Assembly: GCF_048403405.1 (NCBI RefSeq)
Contig: NZ_CP183129.1
DNA: 64,000 nucleotides
Source of the DNA: Escherichia coli
GTDB taxonomy: Bacteria; Pseudomonadota; Gammaproteobacteria; Enterobacterales; Enterobacteriaceae
Reading direction: 5' to 3' (one strand)
The notes below the pieces were generated by a model. It did no database searches, was not told where the DNA came from, and saw only the letters and a list, made by a program, of their open reading frames with translations. This document shows positions 1-13,734 of the stretch, one piece after another. Both the position numbers and the translations under genes were made by a program. Within the stretch, counting starts at the first letter, position 1. Each line of letters starts with the position of its first letter.

Positions 1-18
1 GCCGTAAAAGCGCATTAA
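1..18 (+). CDS. aroP: aroP 3' end (last 5 codons plus stop), partial at window edge
   Basis: Reads AVKAH-stop in frame at 1..18, matching the remembered AroP C-terminus and K-12 gene order (aroP convergent with ampE). Confidence 0.5.
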   Translation, partial: AVKAH

Positions 19-27
19 TCTCTCTAC

Positions 28-52
28 GCCCTCACCCGTGCAGGGTGAGGGC
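28..52. terminator. GC-rich hairpin between convergent aroP and ampE, likely bidirectional terminator
   Basis: Inverted repeat gccctcaccc-gtgca-gggtgagggc directly between two convergent stop codons. Confidence 0.5.
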
Positions 53-60
53 GATAATCT

Positions 61-915
61 TTACACCAACGCCCCGTAAATCGTCAGTAGCGCAATTACC
101 ACCACGACCACGAACGAGGTTTTCTTCGCCATGGAAACCGCTGCCTTCGGCGTCTCCACCTTATCGACATGCGGTTCACGCGCCAGAGAGAACTGTGCCA
201 GACGCGTTAATACCTGATATTGCGAAGTATGGAAATCACCCAGCGAAGCAAACCAGGCCGGTAACGCTTTCTCCCCATGACCGATCAAGGCATATACCAC
301 ACCCGCAAGACGAACCGGCACCCAATCCAGTACATGAAGCACGGCATCAATGCCGGACTGTAAACGATGATGCGGCGTCTGGTAACGCGCCAGCCAGTAT
401 TGCCATGCACGCAAAAACGCATACCCCATCAGCGTAACGGGTCCCCAGGTTCCCCCCACAATCAGCCAGAACAACGGAGCAAGATAAAAACGAAAGTTAA
501 TCCACAGCAATGCATTTTGCAGCTCACGCAAATACTCACGTTCATCGCAGCCTGCCGGGACGCCGTGAATCATGGTGAGTTCGCCAGCCATCGTGGCACG
601 GGCATGGCTATCATTACGTGAAGCAGCTGTCAGATAAGCATGATAATGAAGACGAACTTTACCTGCGCCAATACACAGCAAACCAATCAGCAGCCACACC
701 AGCAGCGTGGGAACGTTGAACAATACACCCTGCAATGCGCGTAACAGTAAAAAAGTCACGCCCATCGCAATAATGGTCATGCCTAATGTGCGCCCGAGAG
801 AAAAATGTTTCACCCGCCGAAAGAACGCTTCAAGACGATGATCAAGCTGCCAGTGCTCGCCCAACTTAAACAGGCGCTCGAAAATTAACACCAGTAAGGT
901 TGTAAATAGCGTCAT
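61..915 (-). CDS. ampE: AmpE inner-membrane protein (284 aa; start at MTLFTT, internal to the 297-aa track ORF)
   Basis: ORF track 61..954; translation matches AmpE; 4-bp overlap with ampD stop. Confidence 0.93.
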
Positions 916-1463
916 GTTGTCTCCTTGCTGACCAGCGCACGAAACCGTGCCCAATCAAATGCAGGGCCGGGATCGGTTTTCCGATCCGGCGCAATATCAC
1001 AATGGCCCGTCATGTTATTAGCGATATCTGGATAGCGATCAATCAGTGCCCGCGTAACCGCCGCAAGCTGTTGATACTGCGCATCGGTATACGCCAGCGT
1101 ATCGGTGCCTTCCAGCTCAATCCCAATAGAAAAATCATTGCAGCGTTCGCGCCCCTGATACTGAGAGACTCCGGCATGCCAGGCACGTTTATCGAAAGGA
1201 ACATACTGGACTATTTCACCATCGCGGCGAATCAAACAGTGAGCGGAGACGCGCAAATGGGCGATCTCAGCAAAGAAAGGATGTTCCTGCGGATCAATAG
1301 TTCCAGTGAATAATGCGTCGATCCACGGACCGCCAAACTCGCCTGGCGGCAGGCTAATATTGTGCACCACCAGCAGGGTGGGTGTTTCGTCATCCGGGCG
1401 GCAATCGTAATGTGGTGAGGGAACGCGGCGCGCGCCAACCAGCCACCCCTGTTCTAACAACAT
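912..1463 (-). CDS. ampD: AmpD anhydro-N-acetylmuramyl-L-alanine amidase (183 aa)
   Basis: ORF track 912..1463; full-length match to AmpD. Confidence 0.95.
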
Positions 1464-1490
1464 GCAGGATCTCCTTATATGTGGTGCTAA

Positions 1491-2444
<954 letters not shown>

Positions 2445-2646
2445 TTGCTGACAGATTTATCCGCTCCATCGCGGGCGGATAATCTCCCCTTTCCCAACTT
2501 TCTTCGTAACGCCTCGCAAATTTCTTGTCTTTCGCTGCAACGTAATAAAAAACTCCGGAAGCTGCTTTCCCGTTTCGTTTTTTGCCCCTCGCTTGTGCTG
2601 ATGGCGTTTGCCAAAGTAGCGCCAACCAAATCAAGGAGCGAAACAA

Positions 2647-3087
2647 ATGGACAAGCAACGCGGTTTTACACTTATCGAACTGATGGTGGTTATTGGCATC
2701 ATTGCCATTTTAAGCGCCATTGGTATTCCCGCTTATCAAAACTACCTGCGCAAAGCCGCACTCACCGACATGCTACAAACCTTTGTGCCTTACCGTACCG
2801 CCGTAGAGTTGTGTGCGCTGGAACATGGTGGATTAGATACCTGCGACGGTGGCAGTAATGGCATCCCCTCGCCTACCACTACCCGCTATGTTTCAACCAT
2901 GAGTGTGGCAAAGGGCGTGGTGTCGCTGACCGGGCAAGAAAGTCTCAATGGGCTAAGCGTCGTCATGACGCCGGGTTGGGATAACGCAAACGGCGTCACC
3001 GGTTGGACGCGCAACTGCAATATTCAAAGTGACAGCGCATTGCAGCAAGCCTGCGAAGATGTCTTCCGCTTTGATGACGCCAACTAA
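2647..3087 (+). CDS. ppdD: Type IV prepilin-like protein PpdD (146 aa)
   Basis: N-terminal GFTLIELMVVIGII prepilin leader/cleavage motif; position upstream of hofB-hofC. Confidence 0.93.
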   Translation: MDKQRGFTLIELMVVIGIIAILSAIGIPAYQNYLRKAALTDMLQTFVPYRTAVELCALEHGGLDTCDGGSNGIPSPTTTRYVSTMSVAKGVVSLTGQESLNGLSVVMTPGWDNANGVTGWTRNCNIQSDSALQQACEDVFRFDDAN

Positions 3088-3096
3088 GGAGCGGCA

Positions 3097-4482
3097 ATGA
3101 ATATTCCACAGCTCACCGCCCTGTGTCTGCGTTATCAGGGAGTCTTGCTGGATGCCAGCGAAGAGGTGGTTCATGTTGCGGTGGTCGATGCCCCTTCGAA
3201 TGAACTACTGGACGCATTGCATTTCGCTACCACCAAACGTATTGAGATCACCTGCTGGACGCGCCAACAAATGGAAGGTCACGCCAGTCGCACACAACAG
3301 ACATTGCCCGTAGCTATTCATGAGAAGCATCAGCCCAAAGCAGAGTTGCTGACTCGAACGTTACAATCTGCGCTGGAACAACGCGCGTCTGATATTCATA
3401 TCGAACCAGCGGACAATGCCTACCGCATACGCTTGCGTATCGACGGCGTATTGCATCCTTTACCGGATGTTTCACCGGATGCCGGAGTCGCATTAACCGC
3501 CAGATTAAAAGTGCTGGGGAACCTGGATATTGCGGAACATCGCCTGCCGCAGGACGGGCAATTCACTGTCGAACTGGCAGGAAACGCCGTCTCATTTCGT
3601 ATTGCGACCTTACCATGTCGGGGTGGTGAAAAGGTGGTATTAAGGTTGTTACAGCAGGTGAGTCAGGCACTGGATGTCAACACGCTTGGAATGCAGCCGT
3701 TACAACTGGCGGACTTTGCTCATGCCTTGCAACAACCACAGGGACTGGTGCTGGTAACAGGCCCTACAGGCAGCGGCAAAACGGTCACGCTTTATAGTGC
3801 CCTGCAAACGCTGAATACCGCTGACATTAATATTTGTAGCGTCGAAGATCCGGTTGAGATCCCCATAGCCGGACTAAACCAGACGCAAATCCATCCGCGT
3901 GCCGGACTCACCTTTCAGGGCGTTTTGCGTGCGTTATTGCGCCAGGACCCTGACGTCATCATGATCGGAGAGATCCGCGATGGCGAAACGGCAGAAATTG
4001 CCATAAAAGCCGCACAAACCGGTCACCTGGTGTTGTCCACGCTACACACCAATTCCACCTGCGAAACGCTGGTGCGTTTACAGCAAATGGGCGTTGCTCG
4101 CTGGATGCTCTCATCGGCACTTACGCTGGTAATAGCCCAGCGTCTGGTACGTAAACTTTGCCCACATTGTCGCCGACAGCAAGGGGAGCCCATCCATATT
4201 CCAGACAATGTATGGCCATCGCCGCTGCCCCACTGGCAGGCACCCGGTTGTGTACATTGCTACCACGGTTTTTATGGTCGCACGGCCTTATTTGAAGTTC
4301 TGCCCATAACACCGGTCATACGTCAGCTTATTTCCGCTAATACCGACGTTGAATCGCTGGAAATGCACGCCCGACAGGCGGGTATGCGTACGCTTTTTGA
4401 AAACGGCTGCCTGGCCGTGGAGCAAGGCTTAACCACCTTTGAAGAGTTAATCCGCGTATTGGGGATGCCGCATGGCGAGTAA
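3097..4482 (+). CDS. hofB: Type IV pilus assembly ATPase HofB (461 aa)
   Basis: Walker A GPTGSGKT and secretion ATPase family features; order ppdD-hofB-hofC. Confidence 0.94.
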   Translation: MNIPQLTALCLRYQGVLLDASEEVVHVAVVDAPSNELLDALHFATTKRIEITCWTRQQMEGHASRTQQTLPVAIHEKHQPKAELLTRTLQSALEQRASDIHIEPADNAYRIRLRIDGVLHPLPDVSPDAGVALTARLKVLGNLDIAEHRLPQDGQFTVELAGNAVSFRIATLPCRGGEKVVLRLLQQVSQALDVNTLGMQPLQLADFAHALQQPQGLVLVTGPTGSGKTVTLYSALQTLNTADINICSVEDPVEIPIAGLNQTQIHPRAGLTFQGVLRALLRQDPDVIMIGEIRDGETAEIAIKAAQTGHLVLSTLHTNSTCETLVRLQQMGVARWMLSSALTLVIAQRLVRKLCPHCRRQQGEPIHIPDNVWPSPLPHWQAPGCVHCYHGFYGRTALFEVLPITPVIRQLISANTDVESLEMHARQAGMRTLFENGCLAVEQGLTTFEELIRVLGMPHGE

Positions 4483-5674
4483 GCAACTCTGGCGCTGGCA
4501 TGGCATAACCGGCGACGGTAATGCGCAAGATGGGATGCTATGGGCAGAGAGTCGTGCTTTACTGCTTATGGCACTACAGCAACAGATGGTTACCCCACTT
4601 AGCCTGAAGCGAATCGCCATCAATTCTGCGCAGTGGCGAGGAGATAAAAGCGCGGAAGTCATTCATCAACTGGCGACGCTACTCAAAGCCGGGTTAACGC
4701 TTTCTGAAGGGCTGGCACTGCTGGCGGAACAGCATCCCAGTAAGCAATGGCAAGCGTTGCTGCAATCGCTGGCGCACGATCTCGAACAGGGCATTGCTTT
4801 TTCCAATGCCTTATTACCCTGGTCAGAGGTATTTCCGCCGCTCTATCAGGCAATGATCCGCACGGGGGAATTGACTGGTAAGTTAGATGAATGTTGCTTT
4901 GAACTTGCTCGACAGCAAAAAGCCCAGCGTCAGTTAGCCGATAAAGTGAAATCAGCGTTGCGTTATCCCATCATCATTTTAGCGATGGCAATCATTGTGG
5001 TTGTGGCAATGCTGCATTTTGTGCTGCCGGAGTTTGCTGCTATTTATAAGACCTTCAACACCCCACTACCGGTACTAACGCAGGGGATCATGACGCTGGC
5101 AGACTTTAGTGGCGAATGGGGCTGGCTGCTGGTGTTGTTCGGCTTTCTGCTGGCGATAGCCAATAAGTTGCTGATTCGCCGCCCGACCTGGCTTATCGCG
5201 CGGCAGAAATTGCTGTTACGCATCCCGATTATGGGTTCACTGATGCGGGGACAAAAACTCACGCAGATCTTTACGATTCTGGCGCTGACTCAAAGTGCAG
5301 GCATTACTTTTTTACAGGGCGTAGAGAGCGTCAGAGCAACAATGCGCTGCCCGTACTGGGTGCAACTTCTGACACAAATCCAGCACGATATCAGTAACGG
5401 TCATCCCATCTGGCTGGCGCTAAAAAATACCGGTGAGTTTAGCCCGCTCTGTTTGCAATTAGTGAGAACAGGAGAGGCATCCGGCTCGCTGGATCTCATG
5501 TTAGACAACCTCGCCCATCATCATCGGGATAACACACTGGCGCTGGCGGATAACCTCGCAGCCTTACTGGAACCGGCGTTGCTGATCATAACGGGAGGAA
5601 TTATCGGTACGCTGGTGGTGGCAATGTATCTGCCCATTTTCCATTTAGGCGATGCAATGAGTGGAATGGGATAA
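4472..5674 (+). CDS. hofC: Type IV pilus platform protein HofC (400 aa)
   Basis: GspF/PilC-like membrane protein; 11-bp overlap with hofB. Confidence 0.94.
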   Translation: MASKQLWRWHGITGDGNAQDGMLWAESRALLLMALQQQMVTPLSLKRIAINSAQWRGDKSAEVIHQLATLLKAGLTLSEGLALLAEQHPSKQWQALLQSLAHDLEQGIAFSNALLPWSEVFPPLYQAMIRTGELTGKLDECCFELARQQKAQRQLADKVKSALRYPIIILAMAIIVVVAMLHFVLPEFAAIYKTFNTPLPVLTQGIMTLADFSGEWGWLLVLFGFLLAIANKLLIRRPTWLIARQKLLLRIPIMGSLMRGQKLTQIFTILALTQSAGITFLQGVESVRATMRCPYWVQLLTQIQHDISNGHPIWLALKNTGEFSPLCLQLVRTGEASGSLDLMLDNLAHHHRDNTLALADNLAALLEPALLIITGGIIGTLVVAMYLPIFHLGDAMSGMG

Positions 5675-5700
5675 CGCTGGCGTGTTGCTCCACGCCAGCG
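5675..5700. terminator. Hairpin between convergent hofC and guaC stops
   Basis: Inverted repeat cgctggcgtg-ttgctc-cacgccagcg immediately after the hofC stop. Confidence 0.5.
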
Positions 5701-5708
5701 TTGGGAGA

Positions 5709-6752
5709 TTACAGGTTGTTGAAGATGCGGTTTTCTTGTTCCAGCACACGGATAAATGTGGTGCGCTTGGTCAACTCTTTCAGGCGTGAAGCCCCAACGT
5801 ATGTACAAGCTGAACGCAGGCCGCCCAAAATATCACGCGCGGTATTTTCAACCGGGCCTCGCAGCGGCAGCTTAACGGTTTTACCTTCTGCTGCGCGATA
5901 TTCCGCAACGCCGCCAACGTGACGTTTCATCGCAGACTCGGAGCTCATGCCGTAGAACAGCATAAATTTCTCGCCGTTCTCCTCAACGATGCGACCGCCG
6001 CTCTCTTCGTGGCCCGCCAGCATACCGCCAAGCATGACGAAATCGGCACCGCCGCCAAAGGCTTTCGCGACATCGCCCGGCGTGGTGCAGCCACCGTCGC
6101 TGACGATCATTCCGCCCAGACCGTGCGCAGCATCGGCACATTCGATTACCGCAGAAAGTTGCGGATAACCGACGCCTGTTTTGACGCGAGTTGTACAAAC
6201 AGAACCTGGGCCAATGCCAACTTTAACGATATCAGCACCGGAGAGGATAAGCTCCTCACACATTTCACCAGTCACTACGTTGCCAGCACAAATGGTTTTG
6301 GTCGGCCACGCTTCACGCGCTTTCGCAACGAACTGCACGAAGTGTTCGGAATAACCATTCGCCACGTCAATACAAACGAAGTTTAATGCCGGGTTCAGGT
6401 CGAGAATCTGTTTAGTTTTTTCGAAATCCGCATCAGACGTGCCGGTAGAAACCATCACATGTTTCAGCACATCAGCGGAAGAATTGTTGATAAACGCTTG
6501 CCACTCTTCGACAGAATAGTGTTTATGCACAGCAGTCAAAATATCAAAAGAAGCCAGCGCAGAGGCCATAGAAAATGTGCCTACGGTGTCCATATTTGCG
6601 GCGATAATCGGCACGCCGGACCAGCTCTGACCTGAATGTTTGAAGGTGAATTGACGTTCCAGTTCAACATCGGAACGGCTTTTAAGAGTGGAGCGTTTAG
6701 GGCGGATGAGAACGTCTTTAAAACCTAACTTCAGATCTTCTTCAATACGCAT
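5709..6752 (-). CDS. guaC: GMP reductase GuaC (347 aa)
   Basis: ORF track; IMPDH/GMP reductase family, full length. Confidence 0.96.
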   Translation of the reverse strand: MRIEEDLKLGFKDVLIRPKRSTLKSRSDVELERQFTFKHSGQSWSGVPIIAANMDTVGTFSMASALASFDILTAVHKHYSVEEWQAFINNSSADVLKHVMVSTGTSDADFEKTKQILDLNPALNFVCIDVANGYSEHFVQFVAKAREAWPTKTICAGNVVTGEMCEELILSGADIVKVGIGPGSVCTTRVKTGVGYPQLSAVIECADAAHGLGGMIVSDGGCTTPGDVAKAFGGGADFVMLGGMLAGHEESGGRIVEENGEKFMLFYGMSSESAMKRHVGGVAEYRAAEGKTVKLPLRGPVENTARDILGGLRSACTYVGASRLKELTKRTTFIRVLEQENRIFNNL

Positions 6753-6976
6753 GTGCGGATTCCTGGGGTTAATGGCTATAAGGGTAAGAGCGCAACTCCA
6801 GTGACGCTATCATACGCACTAATCAATGCGGCGCAAGACTGCGAAATTGTCTTTTTTTACGCTACAATCCCATAAATTTACCTGGTAAATAGTGAGCGAA
6901 CGTTTCATCAATTTCGCTTTCGTGCGCTCATTTTTAACGTTTTGATAATCATGATGAATTCCCGGGAATATAAATT

Positions 6977-7597
6977 ATGAGGTATATAGTTGCCTTAACG
7001 GGAGGCATTGGCAGTGGCAAGAGTACCGTTGCCAATGCGTTTGCTGATCTCGGAATTAACGTCATTGATGCCGATATTATTGCGCGTCAGGTGGTTGAAC
7101 CAGGTGCACCTGCGCTACATGCCATTGCTGATCACTTTGGCGCTAACATGATTGCTGCTGATGGAACATTGCAGCGCCGGGCCTTGCGCGAGCGGATCTT
7201 CGCCAACCCGGAAGAGAAAAACTGGCTTAACGCCCTGCTGCATCCGCTGATTCAGCAAGAGACGCAACACCAGATCCAGCAAGCTACTTCCCCCTATGTA
7301 CTATGGGTTGTGCCATTGCTGGTAGAAAACTCACTGTATAAAAAAGCGAATCGAGTGCTGGTGGTGGATGTCAGCCCAGAAACGCAACTTAAGCGCACCA
7401 TGCAGCGCGATGATGTAACTCGCCAGCATGTCGAACAAATCCTTGCTGCTCAGGCACCGCGCGAAGCTCGCCTTGCCGTGGCAGATGACGTCATTGATAA
7501 TAACGGCGCACCGGATGCTATCGCATCGGATGTTGCCCGCCTGCACGCACACTATTTGCAGCTTGCGTCGCAGTTTGTTTCACAGGAAAAACCGTAA
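6977..7597 (+). CDS. coaE: Dephospho-CoA kinase CoaE (206 aa)
   Basis: P-loop GGIGSGKST near N-terminus; conserved position. Confidence 0.95.
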
Positions 7598-8340
7598 TGC
7601 AGACCCAGGTCCTTTTTGAACATCCACTAAATGAAAAAATGCGTACATGGCTGCGCATTGAGTTTTTGATTCAGCAACTCACCGTTAATCTACCCATCGT
7701 TGACCACGCTGGCGCGCTGCATTTCTTCCGTAATGTCAGTGAATTACTGGATGTTTTCGAGCGCGGCGAAGTCCGCACTGAGCTGTTGAAAGAACTTGAC
7801 CGGCAGCAACGTAAACTCCAGACCTGGATTGGCGTGCCTGGCGTGGACCAGAGCCGTATTGAAGCATTAATTCAGCAGTTAAAAGCGGCGGGGAGCGTAT
7901 TAATTTCCGCGCCGCGTATCGGGCAATTTCTGCGTGAAGATCGTTTGATTGCTCTGGTGCGTCAGCGACTGAGCATCCCAGGCGGCTGTTGTAGCTTTGA
8001 TTTACCTACATTGCACATTTGGCTGCATCTACCCCAGGCGCAGCGCGACAGCCAGGTAGAAACCTGGATTGCCAGCCTGAACCCGCTCACCCAGGCACTT
8101 ACCATGGTGCTGGATTTAATTCGCCAGTCGGCCCCCTTCCGTAAACAAACCAGCCTGAATGGTTTTTATCAGGATAACGGTGGCGATGCCGACTTGCTGC
8201 GTCTGAATCTGTCGCTCGATTCACAGCTTTATCCGCAAATTTCCGGTCATAAGAGCCGTTTTGCCATTCGTTTTATGCCGCTGGACAGTGAAAACGGACA
8301 GGTACCGGAACGTCTGGATTTCGAACTGGCCTGTTGCTAA
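7597..8340 (+). CDS. zapD: Cell division factor ZapD (YacF, 247 aa)
   Basis: ORF track; start overlaps coaE stop; conserved order coaE-zapD-yacG. Confidence 0.94.
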
Positions 8341-8349
8341 GGAGTAAAA

Positions 8350-8547
8350 ATGTCAGAAACTATTACGGTGAATTGCCCAACCTGCGGGAAAACGGTGGTG
8401 TGGGGTGAAATCAGCCCGTTTCGGCCATTTTGTTCCAAACGTTGCCAGCTGATCGACCTCGGAGAATGGGCTGCTGAAGAAAAACGAATCCCCAGCAGTG
8501 GCGATCTTTCCGAAAGCGATGACTGGAGCGAAGAGCCAAAGCAGTGA
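8350..8547 (+). CDS. yacG: DNA gyrase inhibitor YacG (65 aa), zinc-binding
   Basis: CPTCGK...CSKRCQ zinc-finger cysteines in ORF translation. Confidence 0.93.
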
Positions 8548-8553
8548 CATTTT

Positions 8554-8748
8554 GTCTGATGCGACGCTGGCCTGATAAGACGCGGGCAGCGTCGCATCAG
8601 GCATCGTGTGCAAATGTCGGATGCGATGTGAACGCCTTATCCGACCTACAAGACCTTACATATCAACGTATTAAAATTATAGATACTGATAAGACGCGCC
8701 AGCGTCGCATCGGACATCTTGTGCAAATGTTGGATGCGGCATAAACAC
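8554..8748. repeat. BIME/REP cluster (several palindromic units) between yacG and mutT
   Basis: Repeated gcctgatgcgacgc / gcgtcgcatcaggc / ggatgcg...cttatccgacctac palindromic-unit motifs. Confidence 0.8.
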
Positions 8749-9147
8749 CTATCCGACGTACACGCGCTTAAGCTTCGCAATTACCGGTTCATTGGCTGGC
8801 GGAAACTCATCGGCATTAAGACCGACCAGCGACATCCACTTACCGGGTTGCCCTTCTTTACCCCACGGCTCCCCTTCCCAGCTTTCGACCAGCCAGAACC
8901 ACAGTGTTATATGCCTGTCCGGGAATTCATATTCGAGTTTTTCAAATAGCGAAAAATGTTGTGGGGTAATCCCGACTTCTTCCTGAAGTTCACGCACCAC
9001 CGCCTGTTCCGGCGTTTCACCCATTTCAATTTTACCGCCGGGAAACTCCAGTTTATTCGCCATGTGCGCATCTGCTGCGCGACGGGTTATAAAGATTTCA
9101 TTGTTCTCGTTGCGAATAATACCTACCGCAATTTGCAGCTTTTTCAT
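8749..9147 (-). CDS. mutT: 8-oxo-dGTP diphosphatase MutT (132 aa here; C-terminus differs from K-12)
   Basis: Nudix box GGKIEMGETPEQAVVRELQEEVG; last codons lie inside a REP palindromic unit. Confidence 0.93.
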   Translation of the reverse strand: MKKLQIAVGIIRNENNEIFITRRAADAHMANKLEFPGGKIEMGETPEQAVVRELQEEVGITPQHFSLFEKLEYEFPDRHITLWFWLVESWEGEPWGKEGQPGKWMSLVGLNADEFPPANEPVIAKLKRVYVG

Positions 9148-9161
9148 TGTCTTAAACCTAT

Positions 9162-9189
9162 AAAAAAGGCGCAGAATCCTGCGCCTTTT
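9162..9189 (-). terminator. Rho-independent terminator downstream of secA
   Basis: Stem aaaggcgcag/ctgcgccttt followed by a T-run on the minus strand. Confidence 0.6.
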
Positions 9190-9206
9190 ACTTCAACTGT
9201 TAGCTT

Positions 9207-11912
9207 TTATTGCAGGCGACCATGGCACTGCTTGTATTTTTTACCAGAACCGCACGGGCAAGGATCGTTACGTCCTACTTTACGTTCACCGGTTTGCGCC
9301 GCCAGTGCAGCAGCGGCTGCAGAGTCGTCATCCTGATGGCTAAGCTGCTGCATCTGCGCTAAACGCTCGGCTTCCATACGACGCTGTTGTTCCAGCTCCT
9401 CAACCTCTTCAGGCATACGTACCTGAACTTTGCTCAGCGTACTGATAACTTCATATTTCAACGACTCCAGCATCGCTGCAAACATGGAGAACGATTCACG
9501 TTTGTATTCCTGCTTCGGATCTTTCTGTGCATAGCCACGCAGGTGGATACCCTGACGCAGATAGTCCATCGCTGCCAGGTGCTCTTTCCACAGGGAGTCA
9601 AGCGTTTGCAGCATGACGCCTTTCTCGAAGTGACGCATCATCTCTGCACCAACCACTTCTTCTTTACGCTGATACACTTCGATGGACTGCGCCAGAATGC
9701 GCTCACGCAGCGTCTCTTCATGCAGTTCTGGTTCTTTATCCAGCCACTCGGCAATTGGCAAATCAAGGTCGAAATCGTTCTTCAGACGTTCCTGCAGCCC
9801 CGGAATATCCCACATTTCTTCCAGCGACTGTGGTGGAATGTAGGCATCAATGGTCGCTTTGAACACATCTTCACGAATGCTGTTGATGGTTTCGCTCACA
9901 TCGCTGACATCCAGCAGTTCGTTACGCTGGGAGTAAATGGCGCGACGCTGATCGTTAGCCACGTCATCATATTCCAGCAGTTGCTTACGAATGTCGAAGT
10001 TACGACTTTCAACTTTACGCTGGGCGTTGGCAATCGCTTTAGTCACCCACGGGTGTTCAATGGCTTCGCCTGGCTTCATACCCAGTTTACGCATCATGCC
10101 GGATACTCGGTCGGAAGCAAAAATACGCATCAGCGCATCTTCCATCGACAGGTAGAAACGGGAAGAACCAGCATCCCCCTGACGACCAGAGCGACCGCGC
10201 AACTGGTTATCGATACGACGGGATTCGTGACGCTCGGTACCGATGATATGCAGGCCACCTGCTGCCAGTACCGCATCGTGACGTACCTGCCAGTCGGCTT
10301 TAATTTTTTCAATTTGCTCTGCGGTCGGATTTTCCAGCGCGGCAACTTCTGCCTGCCAGCTACCACCGAGCACAATATCTGTACCACGACCCGCCATGTT
10401 GGTCGCGATAGTCACCGCAGCCGGATAACCTGCCTGAGCAACAATCGCCGCTTCGTTGGCGTGGAATTTGGCGTTCAGGACGTTGTGCTTAATACCGGCT
10501 TTGGTCAGTTCGTTTGACACCAGCTCAGATTTTTCGATGGAGATAGTACCCACCAGCACCGGCTGGCCTTTCGCAGTACGTTCTTTGATATCTTCAATGA
10601 TCGCCTGAATTTTTTCTGCTTCAGTCATGTAGACCAGGTCCGGCAGATCTTTACGAATCATTGGACGGTTGGTCGGAACAACGACGGTATCCAGCTTGTA
10701 GATGGAGCTGAATTCGAAAGCTTCGGTATCAGCAGTACCGGTCATCCCCGCCAGTTTTTCATACAGACGGAAGTAGTTCTGGAAGGTGATCGAAGCCAGC
10801 GTTTGGTTTTCGTTCTGGATCTGCACACCTTCTTTCGCTTCCACAGCCTGGTGCAGACCATCGGACCAGCGACGGCCCTGCATGGTACGACCGGTGTGTT
10901 CGTCAACGATGATAACTTCACCATCTTTAACGATGTAGTCGACGTCACGGGTAAACAGCGCATGAGCGCGCAGCGCCGCCGTTACGTGGTGCATCAGCAT
11001 GATGTTTGCCGGAGAGTACAGAGACTCCCCTTCATCCATGATGCCTTCTTTCACCAGCAGTTCTTCAATCAGGACCAGACCACGTTCGGTCAGGTTCACC
11101 TGGCGAGATTTTTCGTCCACCGAGAAGTGGCCTTCGCCCTGGAAGGTTTCGGAGTCTTCTTTTTCCTGACGGATCAGGTGCGGAATAATTTTATTCACGC
11201 GTTTATACATTTCCGAGCTGTCTTCTGCCGGGCCGGAAATGATCAGCGGTGTACGCGCTTCATCGATCAGGATGGAGTCCACTTCGTCCACCAGCGCATA
11301 GTGCAGTTTACGCTGTACACGTTCTTCAGGGCTGAACGCCATGTTATCGCGCAGGTAGTCAAAGCCGTATTCGTTGTTCGTACCGTAAGTGATGTCAGCT
11401 GCGTAAGCTTCACGCTTCGCCGGTGCTGGCATGCCCGGCAGGTTGATACCGACAGTCAGGCCAAGGAATTCAAACAGCGGACGGTTGTTTTCGGCGTCAC
11501 GTTGCGCCAGGTAGTCGTTGACGGTAACAACGTGTACGCCCTTACCGGTTAATGCGTTCAGGTAAGCAGGCAGCGTTGCGGTCAGGGTTTTACCTTCACC
11601 GGTACGCATTTCGGCGATGCAGCGTTCGTTAAGAACCATACCGCCGAGTAACTGAACGTCGAAGTGACGCATACCAAAGACGCGCTTACTTGCCTCACGC
11701 ACCACGGCGAAAGCTTCCGGGATCAGATTTTCCAGCACTTCGCCTTTTTCCAGACGTGCACGAAACTCTGCGGTTTTCCCTTTCAGTTCTTCGTCGGAGA
11801 GTTTTTCCATCTCCGGTTCCATGGCATTGATGATGTTAACCACTTTGCGCATCCGGCGCAGGGTGCGATCGTTACGACTACCGAAAACTTTAGTTAATAA
11901 TTTGATTAGCAT
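9207..11912 (-). CDS. secA: Preprotein translocase ATPase SecA (901 aa)
   Basis: Full-length ORF, C-terminal zinc site [14 protein letters not shown]. Confidence 0.98.
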   Translation of the reverse strand: MLIKLLTKVFGSRNDRTLRRMRKVVNIINAMEPEMEKLSDEELKGKTAEFRARLEKGEVLENLIPEAFAVVREASKRVFGMRHFDVQLLGGMVLNERCIAEMRTGEGKTLTATLPAYLNALTGKGVHVVTVNDYLAQRDAENNRPLFEFLGLTVGINLPGMPAPAKREAYAADITYGTNNEYGFDYLRDNMAFSPEERVQRKLHYALVDEVDSILIDEARTPLIISGPAEDSSEMYKRVNKIIPHLIRQEKEDSETFQGEGHFSVDEKSRQVNLTERGLVLIEELLVKEGIMDEGESLYSPANIMLMHHVTAALRAHALFTRDVDYIVKDGEVIIVDEHTGRTMQGRRWSDGLHQAVEAKEGVQIQNENQTLASITFQNYFRLYEKLAGMTGTADTEAFEFSSIYKLDTVVVPTNRPMIRKDLPDLVYMTEAEKIQAIIEDIKERTAKGQPVLVGTISIEKSELVSNELTKAGIKHNVLNAKFHANEAAIVAQAGYPAAVTIATNMAGRGTDIVLGGSWQAEVAALENPTAEQIEKIKADWQVRHDAVLAAGGLHIIGTERHESRRIDNQLRGRSGRQGDAGSSRFYLSMEDALMRIFASDRVSGMMRKLGMKPGEAIEHPWVTKAIANAQRKVESRNFDIRKQLLEYDDVANDQRRAIYSQRNELLDVSDVSETINSIREDVFKATIDAYIPPQSLEEMWDIPGLQERLKNDFDLDLPIAEWLDKEPELHEETLRERILAQSIEVYQRKEEVVGAEMMRHFEKGVMLQTLDSLWKEHLAAMDYLRQGIHLRGYAQKDPKQEYKRESFSMFAAMLESLKYEVISTLSKVQVRMPEEVEELEQQRRMEAERLAQMQQLSHQDDDSAAAAALAAQTGERKVGRNDPCPCGSGKKYKQCHGRLQ

Positions 11913-11973
11913 AATAAAATCTCAAACGCCCCGCGTTGCGGAGTCAATAAAATGAAGTAAAGGTTTATTGTTG

Positions 11974-12654
<681 letters not shown>

Positions 12655-12716
12655 TCACCTGGCCGGAGAGAGTGCCAGATTTGCCAGTCGAATTTTATAC
12701 GACAGTATAAATGTCG

Positions 12717-13655
<939 letters not shown>

Positions 13656-13734
13656 CTATCCAACCGAAGTGTACTATACATTCGGCGGGCCAGTTTAGCA
13701 CAAAGAGCCTCGAAACCCAAATTCCAGTCAATTC

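Noticed and set aside
45-437. 130-aa plus-strand ORF at the window start
   Set aside because: Antisense within ampE; Pro/Arg-rich low-complexity translation.
5919-6386. 155-aa plus-strand ORF
   Set aside because: Antisense inside guaC.
9387-10517. 376-aa ORF on the plus strand
   Set aside because: Lies entirely antisense within secA; no RBS context; typical antisense open frame in a highly expressed, codon-biased gene.
10803-11552. 249-aa plus-strand ORF
   Set aside because: Antisense inside secA; same reasoning as above.
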